Below are positions 55,913 through 64,000 of a stretch of DNA of 64,000 nucleotides, piece by piece. How positions within the stretch are numbered: the first letter of the stretch is position 1; the number at the start of each line of letters is the position of its first letter. The notes beneath the pieces are model-generated. The model was not told where the DNA came from and ran no database searches. It saw nothing but the letters and a program-made list of their open reading frames with translations. The translations under genes and the position numbers were made by a program. Source of the stretch: Rhodobiaceae bacterium. Lineage in GTDB: Bacteria > Pseudomonadota > Alphaproteobacteria > RS24. The stretch covers positions 3,045 through 67,044 of the forward strand of contig JAHEGN010000010.1 in the NCBI GenBank assembly GCA_024645085.1. Reading direction: 5' to 3'.

Positions 55913-56614
55913 CTACTTTTTCGTTGGTAGATATTTGGCCCACAAGTCAGGGCGCCGTTTTTGAGTGATTTCTGCCGATTTTTCGGCCCGCCATTGAGCG
56001 ATTTTTTGATGGTCGCCAGACACTAAAACCTCCGGTATTTCAGCACCTTGCCAAGAATTAGGCCGGGTATATTGCGGATATTCCAGCAATCCATTGGCAA
56101 AACTTTCTTCCTGCGAGGACAAGGCGCTGCCCATCACCCCGGGCAAAAGCCGAATAATCGCATCGCTCATCGCCAGCGCCGCCGGTTCACCGCCCGACAA
56201 AATATAGTCACCAATCGACACTTCGCGCACATCAAAAGCCTCAATCACCCGCTCATCAACTCCTTCAAAGCGATTGCAAAAAAATATCGCCCCCGGGCCC
56301 TTAGCCAATTGCTGCGCCATCGCTTGGTCAAATATTTGCCCGCGCGGGCTTGGCATCAATAAGGGGAGATTTGCTGTTTGCGCCTGCACATGCTCAATCG
56401 CCGCCGCTGCCACATCAGCCCGTAACACCATGCCAGCGCCGCCGCCAGATGGCGTGTCATCGACATTTTTGTGCTTGCCAAGCCCATGGTCGCGCAAGGC
56501 ATGTGTCTGGCATTGCCATATGCCCGCCTCATGCGCGCGCCCTGCCAAACTGGTACCCAGCGGCCCCGGAAACATATCCGGAAACAGCGTAATATAATGT
56601 GCCTGCCAGCTCAT
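55913..56614 (-). CDS. trmD: tRNA (guanine37-N1)-methyltransferase
   Basis: ITLFPDMFPGPL and GGGAGMVL motifs. Confidence 0.94.
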   Translation of the reverse strand: MSWQAHYITLFPDMFPGPLGTSLAGRAHEAGIWQCQTHALRDHGLGKHKNVDDTPSGGGAGMVLRADVAAAAIEHVQAQTANLPLLMPSPRGQIFDQAMAQQLAKGPGAIFFCNRFEGVDERVIEAFDVREVSIGDYILSGGEPAALAMSDAIIRLLPGVMGSALSSQEESFANGLLEYPQYTRPNSWQGAEIPEVLVSGDHQKIAQWRAEKSAEITQKRRPDLWAKYLPTKK

Positions 56615-57210
56615 TGCTTGCCCCGATTTTTGCGCCGCCGCCGTCTGGCTTTTGACGGCCCACCAGCTTCCGGATTGGGATTTTCTTGCTCTGGCGGCCG
56701 CGCTTCGATTGCGCTCGGCATGACCACCGTCAAGCGTCCGGCGTCCATGCTAATTTCTGGCACAGTGTGTTTGGTGAAGGCCAGCATTTCGCCAGCAATC
56801 TCCAGCACATCACCAGCGCCAAAATTATGCACGCCCTCAACAGTACCAAGCAAAGCACCGGCTTCATCATAGGCCGCAAGGCCAATTAAATCAGCATGAT
56901 AAAAGCCGTCACCCTCGTCCAAATCTGGCAGAGCGCTGCGCGGCACGCATAAGACAATGCCTTTGAGCGCCTCGGCTTGATCACGATGATGAATGTTTTT
57001 GAAACTGACCCGCGCCCCGGCTTTATCCGGCGCTAGGCTTGAAATGTCAAAAACCTGCCCGCCATCCTCGCTATATAGCGAGCCATAGGCGGACAGGTCT
57101 TTGGGATTTTCAGTAAAGGTTTTGACTTTGACCGCGCCGCGAACGCCATGCGCCCCGATGATGACACCAAGGCGAATGAGCGCGTTTTGATTGGCCGCGG
57201 CGGCACTCAA
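56611..57210 (-). CDS. rimM: 16S rRNA processing protein RimM
   Basis: LIRLGVIIGAHGVRGAVKVKTFTE is the canonical RimM N-terminus. The start is set to the TTG at 57210, 2 nt after the rpsP TAG. The ORF-track start at 57474 would overlap rpsP by 263 nt inside a six-frame-open repeat. Confidence 0.83.
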   Translation of the reverse strand: MSAAAANQNALIRLGVIIGAHGVRGAVKVKTFTENPKDLSAYGSLYSEDGGQVFDISSLAPDKAGARVSFKNIHHRDQAEALKGIVLCVPRSALPDLDEGDGFYHADLIGLAAYDEAGALLGTVEGVHNFGAGDVLEIAGEMLAFTKHTVPEISMDAGRLTVVMPSAIEARPPEQENPNPEAGGPSKARRRRRKNRGKQ

Positions 57211-57211
57211 A

Positions 57212-57793
57212 CTAGTCTGCCTTTTCTTCCTCAGCTGCTTCTTCAGCTGGGGCTTCTTCAGCGGCAGCTTCTTCGGCTGGTGCTTCCTCAGCGGCAGCTT
57301 CTTCGGCTGGTGCTTCCTCAGCGGCAGCTTCTTCGGCTGGTGCTTCTTCAGCGGCAGCTTCTTCGGCAGCAGCTTCCTCAGCTGGCGCTTCTTCGGCTGG
57401 CGCAGCAGCAGCAGCGGCGGCGGCTTCTTCAGCGGCGGCAGCAGCTTCCTCAGCAGCGCGTTTGGCTTCTTCAATCTCTTCCAAACGTTCCATGGCTTTT
57501 TTGCCTGGTTTACCTTTCAGCGGATTATTGCGCTCTTCGCGTTTCCACAGACCAGCATCATCCAGAAAACGGGCAATACGGTCAGATGGCTTGGCGCCAT
57601 GGCCGAGCCAATGTTTCGCGCGCTCGAGGTCCAAAGTCAGACGTGTTGCGTCATCTTTTGGCAATAATGGGTTATAAGTGCCGATTTTCTCGATGAAACG
57701 GCCATCCCGCGGCATCCGGCTATCAGCCACAACGATACGATAAAATGGGCGTTTCTTGGAGCCGCCACGCGACATACGAATTTTAAGTGCCAT
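57212..57793 (-). CDS. rpsP: 30S ribosomal protein S16 with a long acidic Ala/Glu/Pro repeat tail
   Basis: [26 protein letters not shown], followed by a C-terminal ([10 protein letters not shown])n tail. Confidence 0.92.
   Translation of the reverse strand: MALKIRMSRGGSKKRPFYRIVVADSRMPRDGRFIEKIGTYNPLLPKDDATRLTLDLERAKHWLGHGAKPSDRIARFLDDAGLWKREERNNPLKGKPGKKAMERLEEIEEAKRAAEEAAAAAEEAAAAAAAAPAEEAPAEEAAAEEAAAEEAPAEEAAAEEAPAEEAAAEEAPAEEAAAEEAPAEEAAEEEKAD
57229..57390. repeat. 30-bp tandem repeat (about 5 units, two of them identical) inside the rpsP 3' region
   Basis: The unit CAGCGGCAGCTTCTTCGGCTGGTGCTTCCT occurs at 57259-57288 and identically at 57289-57318. The copy at 57319-57348 differs by 1 nt, and the flanking units are degenerate. 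Confidence 0.85.
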
Positions 57794-57820
57794 TGAATAA
57801 ATCCTTTCAAATAATAGCGT

Positions 57821-59302
57821 CTATTTCTTTTTTGGGGGAATCCCCATGCCTTTGAGGAAGTCCGGCGTTGGTGGTGTTGACCCCGAGCCTCCGGTTAATT
57901 TGTTAAAATCAGGTAATTGGTCAGCGCTTGGCATACCGCCGCCCATCAGACCGCCGGGCATGCCACCGCCCATGCCGCCCATCATGCCAGCAAGGCCTTT
58001 CATGCCGCCTTTGCCGAGTTTTTTCATCATATCGGCCATTTGCCGGTGCATTTTGATGAGCTTGTTAATTTCTTGCACACTGGTGCCCGCACCGGCCGCA
58101 ATACGACGTTTACGGCTGGCGTTGAGAATTTTTGGATTGTCTTTTTCAGCCTGCGTCATCGACGAAACAATGGCGGCTTGTTGTATCAAGGCGCGGTCAT
58201 CCATTTGCAGACCGGCGGTTTGTTTTTTCAGCTTGCCCATGCCCGGCAACATGCCCAACACGCCCGACATGCCGCCCATGCGTTGCATTTGTTTTAATTG
58301 CTCGGCCAAATCTTCAAGCGTGAACTGGCCTTTTTTCATGCGGGCGGCAATTTTTTCTGCCTTTTCCGCATCCATGGTCTCGGCGGCTTTTTCTACCAGA
58401 CCGACAACATCGCCCATGCCCAAAATGCGATTGGCAAGCCGTGATGGGTCGAAGATTTCGAGCTTATCAATGCCCTCGCCGACACCGAGGAATTTAATCG
58501 GCACATTGGTGACATGGCGGATCGACAGCGCCGCACCGCCACGCCCGTCACCATCGGCGCGGGTCAATACAATGCCTGACAGCGACACACGCTCAGCAAA
58601 TTGCGCCGCGATGGTAACCGCTTCTTGACCAGTCAAACTATCGGCGACCAATAGAATTTCTTTGGGCGCCGCAGCTTTTTCAATCGCTGCCATTTCAGAC
58701 ATCAGCGCTTCATCAGCATTGGTGCGCCCTGCTGTATCCAGCATCACCACATCAAAGCCGCCCAGCTTGCCCGCTTGCAAAGCCCGTTTGGCAATATCGA
58801 CCGGCGCTTGGCCTTCAATAATCGGTAAAGTCTCAACACCAATCTGCTGGCCCAAAACCGCCAATTGCTGCATCGCTGCCGGGCGTTGCGTATCAAGCGA
58901 CGCCATCAGCACTTTGCGCTTATCTTTTTCGGTCAGCCATTTTGATAATTTACCGGTGCTGGTTGTTTTACCCGAGCCTTGCAGGCCAACCATCATAATG
59001 GCCACTGGCGGCACCGCATCAAAAGACAGGGGCGCGGCTTGGCCAAGCATTTCAATCAAAGCGTCATTGACGATTTTGACCACTTGCTGGCCCGGCGTCA
59101 CTGATTTCAGAACTTCCGAACCAATGGCACGCGGACGCACAATATCAACAAATGCGCGGACCACTGGCAGCGCCACATCAGCTTCTAAAAGGGCTGTGCG
59201 AATTTCGCCCAGCGCCGCGTCGACGTCTTTTTCAGACAGCGCACCGCGGCCGCGTAAGCGGTCAAATATCGAACCCAGATTTTCAGACAGCGTGTCAAAC
59301 AT
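57821..59302 (-). CDS. ffh: Signal recognition particle protein Ffh
   Basis: MFDTLSENLGSIFDRLRG, GLQGSGKTT, and a Met-rich M domain. The start was moved from 59449 to the ATG at 59302. Confidence 0.95.
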   Translation of the reverse strand: MFDTLSENLGSIFDRLRGRGALSEKDVDAALGEIRTALLEADVALPVVRAFVDIVRPRAIGSEVLKSVTPGQQVVKIVNDALIEMLGQAAPLSFDAVPPVAIMMVGLQGSGKTTSTGKLSKWLTEKDKRKVLMASLDTQRPAAMQQLAVLGQQIGVETLPIIEGQAPVDIAKRALQAGKLGGFDVVMLDTAGRTNADEALMSEMAAIEKAAAPKEILLVADSLTGQEAVTIAAQFAERVSLSGIVLTRADGDGRGGAALSIRHVTNVPIKFLGVGEGIDKLEIFDPSRLANRILGMGDVVGLVEKAAETMDAEKAEKIAARMKKGQFTLEDLAEQLKQMQRMGGMSGVLGMLPGMGKLKKQTAGLQMDDRALIQQAAIVSSMTQAEKDNPKILNASRKRRIAAGAGTSVQEINKLIKMHRQMADMMKKLGKGGMKGLAGMMGGMGGGMPGGLMGGGMPSADQLPDFNKLTGGSGSTPPTPDFLKGMGIPPKKK

Positions 59303-59490
59303 GCAAGTCTTAAATGCCTCAACCAAAAGTGCACCCGTGGGCAAATATTGCTGACGGGTGGCGATTTCGCTCCAATGAGCTGAAACCATTTCAAATATCG
59401 CTTCGTTATGAAGTGGCGGCAAAATAGGCGCAAGCGCTGATAAAGTCAAGAAGGCTGGCGCAGGCCATAGATAAGCCCTATATAAAAGCC

Positions 59491-60378
59491 ATGAACACGC
59501 ACACCAACATAAGCTTCAGTAAAATGAATGGGCTGGGCAATGACTTTGTCATTATTGACGCACGCGCCAGTGGCGTGGCGCTTAACACGTCGCATGTGCG
59601 GCATTTGGCAGCCCGTGACAATCAGCTAACACAAGGCTGTGACCAGCTTTTGATTATCCAGCCCGCCCGCGGCACCGGTGATGTCTTTATGCAAATTTTC
59701 AATCAAGATGGCAGTGAAGTGGCCGCTTGCGGCAATGGCACGCGCGCCGTGGCGGCCTATATGGCGCAGAAACACGGCCAAGCTGAGGTTGCCATTGAAA
59801 CCCTCGGCGGCGTATTGCAGGCCCACACACAGGCTGATGGTGACAATTATCATCCGCAGGTGCGCATGCCCTTGCCGCAATTTAATTGGCGCGATATTCC
59901 GCTCAGCCAAGCCCCCGAAACTACGGCTTCGGTTGCCATGCATCAGCAGCTACCAAATGGCTTTATGGTCAATGTCGGCAATCCACATGCGGTGTTTTTT
60001 CTCGATACAACGCCCGGGGCAACGGCGGCCATGGCAGCACAATATGGCCCAGAGCTCGAGACCGATGGCTTATTCCCCGAGCGCGCCAATATTAATTTCG
60101 CCATGTTGGTCGGCGACAATATTTTGCGGCTCGACACATGGGAGCGCGGCGTCGGCTTGACGGCGGCCTGCGGCACCGGTGCTTGCGCCACCGCCATTGC
60201 AGCCATTGAATCAGCCCTTGTCGACGGCCCAAGGGTGACCATTCGCCCGCCCGCCAATGACGATGACAATGATAATGACGTCATTCACATTACCTATCGG
60301 CCGGGCAAAGAATTGATAATGGCTGGACCGGTGCGCTTTGACTTTGACGCCCAAGCCCCGATTGAGCCAAGCCAATGA
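59491..60378 (+). CDS. dapF: Diaminopimelate epimerase
   Basis: NGLGNDFVIID plus the two catalytic Cys contexts (ACGNGTRA, ACGTGACA). Confidence 0.93.
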   Translation: MNTHTNISFSKMNGLGNDFVIIDARASGVALNTSHVRHLAARDNQLTQGCDQLLIIQPARGTGDVFMQIFNQDGSEVAACGNGTRAVAAYMAQKHGQAEVAIETLGGVLQAHTQADGDNYHPQVRMPLPQFNWRDIPLSQAPETTASVAMHQQLPNGFMVNVGNPHAVFFLDTTPGATAAMAAQYGPELETDGLFPERANINFAMLVGDNILRLDTWERGVGLTAACGTGACATAIAAIESALVDGPRVTIRPPANDDDNDNDVIHITYRPGKELIMAGPVRFDFDAQAPIEPSQ

Positions 60379-61613
60379 GCGAGCACCGCGTCAAAGTAGA
60401 AAACTTCGGCTGTCGCTTGAACGCGCTGGAAGGCGACGTTATCAGCCAGGCGGCGCAACAAGCCGGTCTCACCCATGCCACAATTATCAATGGCTGTGCC
60501 GTCACCGGCGAAGCCATGAGGCAAGCCAGACAAGCGGCCCGCCGGGCCAAACGCGATGACCCGGAGGCACAAATTATCGTCACCGGTTGCGCCGCGCAGA
60601 CCGATGCCAAGCAATTTACCGCTATGCCGGAAGTCGATTTGGTATTGGGCAATGAAGAAAAATTATCGCCTAAGGCCTATCGCAGTGCCAGCACGCAAGT
60701 GAGCGACATTATGCAGAGGCAAGAAGCGACACCGCTGATGAACGTGCCGCAAACCGGCCGCGCGCGCGCCTTTGTGCAAGTGCAAACCGGCTGCGATCAT
60801 CGCTGTACATTTTGCATCATCCCGTTTGGGCGCGGCAATTCGCGTTCTGTGCCCATTGAGCAAGTGGTCGAAAAATGCCGCCAATTGGTCGAGCAGGGGC
60901 ATCAAGAAATCGTCTTAACCGGTGTCGATGTGACCAGCTATGGGCCTGATATTGGCGTCGACGGGCTCGGGGTTTTGGTGCGCGCTATTTTGAACCATGT
61001 GCCAAGCCTGCCGCGCTTGCGCCTATCGTCGATTGACGCGGTTGAAATTGACCCGAGCCTATTGGATTTGGTCATTCACGAACCACGCCTCATGCCACAT
61101 TTGCATTTATCGCTGCAGGCCGGTGACGACATGATTTTGAAACGCATGAAGCGCCGTCATAGCCGCCAGCAGGCAATTGATTTTTGCGATAAATTGAAAA
61201 GCCAGCGCCCCGATATTGCCTTTGGCGCCGATATTATCGCCGGCTTTCCAACTGAAACTGAGGCCATGTTCGAACAAAGCCTTAAGCTGGTCGAACAATG
61301 CGATTTAATATGGCTGCATGTGTTTCCCTATTCGCAGCGCCCCGACACACCCGCCGCCCGCATGCCACCGGTGGCTGGCGATATTATCAAACAACGCGCC
61401 GCGCGCCTGCGGGCCGCCGGCGACCAGCAAAGACGGCAATGGCTCGAGCAGCAAATTGGCCAGCAAATGAATGTGCTGATTGAAAAGTCAGGCTTTGGAC
61501 GCAGTGAAAATTTCGCTGGCGTGTCATGCGATGACAATCTAGCCAGCGGCACGATTGCCCGTTTGACCATCACCGGTCATGATGGCACAGCCTTACAGGG
61601 AGTGGCTTTATGA
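60375..61613 (+). CDS. mtaB: Radical-SAM methylthiotransferase, MtaB-like (MiaB/RimO family)
   Basis: N-terminal UPF0004 Cys residues, the CDHRCTFCIIP radical-SAM motif, and a C-terminal TRAM-like region. Confidence 0.85.
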   Translation: MSEHRVKVENFGCRLNALEGDVISQAAQQAGLTHATIINGCAVTGEAMRQARQAARRAKRDDPEAQIIVTGCAAQTDAKQFTAMPEVDLVLGNEEKLSPKAYRSASTQVSDIMQRQEATPLMNVPQTGRARAFVQVQTGCDHRCTFCIIPFGRGNSRSVPIEQVVEKCRQLVEQGHQEIVLTGVDVTSYGPDIGVDGLGVLVRAILNHVPSLPRLRLSSIDAVEIDPSLLDLVIHEPRLMPHLHLSLQAGDDMILKRMKRRHSRQQAIDFCDKLKSQRPDIAFGADIIAGFPTETEAMFEQSLKLVEQCDLIWLHVFPYSQRPDTPAARMPPVAGDIIKQRAARLRAAGDQQRRQWLEQQIGQQMNVLIEKSGFGRSENFAGVSCDDNLASGTIARLTITGHDGTALQGVAL

Positions 61614-62533
61614 GTGGATTTTTCTCACGATTGCGCGCTGGTCTGACTCGCTCAAGCCGCGCTCTTGGCGATGGCATTAGCGCCGCTTTTGGCGGTGGCA
61701 AATTATCCCTCGAACGGCTTGGCGAATTGGAAGATGTGCTGATCAGTGCCGATCTCGGGGTCAGTGTGGCCAATGAAATTTGCCAAGCCCTGCGCGACAA
61801 TCGCGAGTTGAAAAATTTGGACGACACCGGCCTGCGCGAGGCTTTGGCCGTCGAAATTGCCAAACAATTACAGCCGGTGCAACAAAACTTGCGCCTGCCG
61901 ACGACAGCCAAACCAGCAGTGATTTTAATGGCTGGCGTCAATGGCGCCGGTAAAACCACCACCATTGGCAAATTGGCCAAACGTTATATGGCTGAGGGCA
62001 AAACTGTCATGCTCGCCGCCTGCGATACGTTTCGCGCCGCCGCTAGCGAGCAATTGCAAGTCTGGGGCGAGCGGGCCAATGTGCCGGTTGTTGCCGGTGC
62101 CCCCGGGGCTGATGCCTCTGGTCTCGCCTTCCAAGCCTTGGAGCGCGCCAAGGCCGAAAATATTGATATCCTCATCGTCGATACGGCCGGTCGTTTGCAA
62201 TCCAATGAAACGCTGATGGCCGAGTTGGAAAAAATCACCCGCGTGATTGGCAAGCTCGATGCCTCAGCGCCGCACGCCAGCCTATTGATATTAGACGCCA
62301 CTACTGGACAAAATGCCATTCAACAAGCCGAAGCATTTTTGCGCGCCGCCAAGATAACCGGTTTAATTATGACCAAGCTCGACGGCACGGCCCGTGGCGG
62401 TTGTTTGGTGCCGATTGCCCGCAAGCTGGCGCTGCCAGTGCATTTTATCGGCGTTGGTGAGCAGGTTGAGGATTTACAAGAATTTGATGCGACGAATTTC
62501 GCCCGCGCCCTGACCGGACTTGAAGGAGAATAA
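61610..62533 (+). CDS. ftsY: SRP receptor FtsY (short form without an acidic A domain)
   Basis: GVNGAGKTTTIGKLA, DTAGRL and TKLDGTARGG. Confidence 0.94.
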   Translation: MSGFFSRLRAGLTRSSRALGDGISAAFGGGKLSLERLGELEDVLISADLGVSVANEICQALRDNRELKNLDDTGLREALAVEIAKQLQPVQQNLRLPTTAKPAVILMAGVNGAGKTTTIGKLAKRYMAEGKTVMLAACDTFRAAASEQLQVWGERANVPVVAGAPGADASGLAFQALERAKAENIDILIVDTAGRLQSNETLMAELEKITRVIGKLDASAPHASLLILDATTGQNAIQQAEAFLRAAKITGLIMTKLDGTARGGCLVPIARKLALPVHFIGVGEQVEDLQEFDATNFARALTGLEGE

Positions 62534-62534
62534 A

Positions 62535-63104
62535 ATGGCTGCAGCCCGTAAATTTGCCGAAGAATTTGGCCCGCTTTTGGTGTTTTTTGTGCTCAATGCT
62601 CGCGGCCCCCAATGGTTTGACATGCCAGAATCGCAAAGCCTCTTCATCGCCACTGGCGGGTTTATGGCGGCCTTGGCCTTGTCCATGCTATCGAGCGTGG
62701 CGCGTGGCCAGCGGCCCAATAATATGACCCTGCTTTCGGGGGCTTTTGTTTTTGTCTTCGGCGGCATTACTTTATTTTTGCAAGATGAGACATTTATCAA
62801 AATCAAGCCGACACTGATTTATCTGCTGTTTGCGGCAATTCTGAGCTTCGGCCTATGGCGCCAGCAAACGTATTTGCAAAAACTCATGGGCGAAATGTTG
62901 CCCTTGTCGGAAGCAGGTTGGATTGTGCTGACCAAAAGATGGATTGTGTTTTTCGTATTTCTGGCGCTGCTCAATGAACTCATGTGGCGGACGCAAAGCA
63001 CAGATGTTTGGGTCAGTTTCAAAGTCTTCGCCATTTTGCCACTGACCATTGGCTTTATGATGATGCAAATGCCCTTGGTAAAAAAATATCACAAAGCTAA
63101 ATAG
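62535..63104 (+). CDS. yciB: Inner-membrane protein YciB/IspZ (intracellular septation protein A family)
   Basis: About 189 aa and multi-TM, with an N-terminal FGPLLVFFVLN motif. The start is set to the ATG at 62535 (GAAGGAG upstream). Confidence 0.82.
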   Translation: MAAARKFAEEFGPLLVFFVLNARGPQWFDMPESQSLFIATGGFMAALALSMLSSVARGQRPNNMTLLSGAFVFVFGGITLFLQDETFIKIKPTLIYLLFAAILSFGLWRQQTYLQKLMGEMLPLSEAGWIVLTKRWIVFFVFLALLNELMWRTQSTDVWVSFKVFAILPLTIGFMMMQMPLVKKYHKAK

Positions 63105-63107
63105 GGT

Positions 63108-64000
63108 TTAGAGCGCGTCGCTAAACTCTGCCGACATGCCGTGCGGATGACAGCTGGCCAGACGAATTTTTTGCGGTGCCCCGCCGGTCGAAATATCATA
63201 TTCCAAAACCGGAATATGCGCGCCACGATCGACATCCATACGCAACCACGCCAAAGGCGCCTCAGGGCTAGCGGTCTCAAAAGCTTGCGCCATCGCCGAT
63301 TCAATCGCCATGCGTTGCGAAATATCCAAATATTGCCAAGTGATAGAATGAAAAAGCACTGTTGTTTGGCCGACCGGACGTTGCATCACTTGACTGGCCA
63401 CCCAGCCTGCGGCATTGGCGCGGTCAATGACTGGCGCAATGCCAGATTTTTGCGCGGCTTGGAAAACCGTCAAAGCACGCAATAAACGCTCACGGCGTTG
63501 TTGCATGTCGCCCCATACATAAGACTGCAAACGCAGAACATGGCTTGCATCGGCCAAATCAATTGGCGCCACATCGCATCCGCGACGATCGGCAATCGGA
63601 ATATCCGCTAAAAGAACAGGCGGCGTGCCCTGCCAATCGCTGTCGATTGACAAGAGCGCGTCTGGGGCCCCCCATTGCGATTGGCCGGTGTTATAATGAT
63701 AATGGTCGAACAAAAGGTTCAGCCCGGCACTGCTGCCAATCTCGCGCAGCCGTAAGGGCAAGTCGGTTTGTCGGGCGATTTCAGAAAAGCCAGCCAATAA
63801 AACAGCGGCGCGGCCGGTTTCATTGGTTTGCGGCGGATGGCGCAAATATTTGCGCACAGCATCTTGCTGGCTGTGCAATTCAGCTTCTGCCAAACGCCAT
63901 AGCGCCGCTTGCTGACCGGCCTGCATTTGGCCGCCACAGGATGGATAAAATGCCGCCAGTTCGGGGGCCGCGCCAGATAGGGCCTGAAAGTGCAAAAACC
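63108..64000 (-). CDS. DUF2332-family protein (partial; the reading frame is open to the window edge)
   Basis: PQTNETGRAA, GSSAGLNLL, YVWGD and PLAWLRMD resemble the DUF2332 pattern as I recall it. The ORF-track M at 63995 is a TTG, and the frame continues upstream out of the window. Confidence 0.6.
   Translation of the reverse strand, partial: FLHFQALSGAAPELAAFYPSCGGQMQAGQQAALWRLAEAELHSQQDAVRKYLRHPPQTNETGRAAVLLAGFSEIARQTDLPLRLREIGSSAGLNLLFDHYHYNTGQSQWGAPDALLSIDSDWQGTPPVLLADIPIADRRGCDVAPIDLADASHVLRLQSYVWGDMQQRRERLLRALTVFQAAQKSGIAPVIDRANAAGWVASQVMQRPVGQTTVLFHSITWQYLDISQRMAIESAMAQAFETASPEAPLAWLRMDVDRGAHIPVLEYDISTGGAPQKIRLASCHPHGMSAEFSDAL

Noticed and set aside
57846-59354. Two long plus-strand ORFs (260 aa and 230 aa) antisense to ffh.
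   Set aside because: They are Pro/Ala/Ser-rich mirror translations of the Ffh M and G domains. They have no motifs or RBS, and ffh itself is unambiguous.
59332-59360. A 7-bp inverted repeat, CACCCGT-15 nt-ACGGGTG, in the ffh/dapF divergent region.
   Set aside because: It is short, has no U-tract and no second copy. It cannot be distinguished from chance or a minor UTR hairpin without comparative data.
60240-60300. An acidic Asn/Asp insertion (ANDDDNDNDV) in DapF, encoded by GAT/AAT-rich DNA.
   Set aside because: It is a short low-complexity loop insertion in an otherwise intact enzyme. There is no evidence of a mobile element or a frameshift.

Overview
This is a gene-dense chromosomal segment that looks like a streamlined, probably marine, alphaproteobacterium. 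That assignment is an inference from gene order and protein signatures, since no database search was possible. Almost all of it is housekeeping: thiC with a TPP riboswitch, rplU-rpmA-obg-proBA-nadD-rsfS-rlmH, envC-like M23/ctpA/rppH, purU, atpHAGDC, priA, tal, xerC, a TCA super-cluster (lpdA-sucBA-sucDC, mdh, zapE, sdhCDAB), asd, leuBDC, rpsP-rimM-trmD-rplS, ffh, dapF, mtaB, ftsY and yciB. I saw no tRNA or rRNA genes, CRISPR arrays, IS elements, phage genes or recognisable defence genes. The accessory content is small:

- Two cytochrome P450 cassettes flank thiC. One is a CYP153-like P450 followed by an SDR. The other is a tetR-QOR-P450-sulfatase unit.
- A second QOR gene lies divergent from tetR, behind a long structured leader or sRNA candidate that ends in a strong intrinsic terminator.
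- An arsC-aquaglyceroporin pair sits directly behind the sdh terminator.
- An MBL-fold hydrolase is inserted between mdh and sucC.
- A MaoC/CitE CoA-ester pair lies upstream of sdhC.

Many ORF-track starts are over-extended, so I re-set them using Shine-Dalgarno spacing and conserved N-termini. The track also translates GTG/TTG starts as M.

The most novel-looking item is the roughly 190-nt structured RNA at 9884-10070, together with its mirrored TetR operator/promoter region. The next is the translationally coupled P450-sulfatase operon, which has no redox partner. I found no clear evidence of a large undescribed multi-gene system, and everything functional here is inferred from motifs read by eye.
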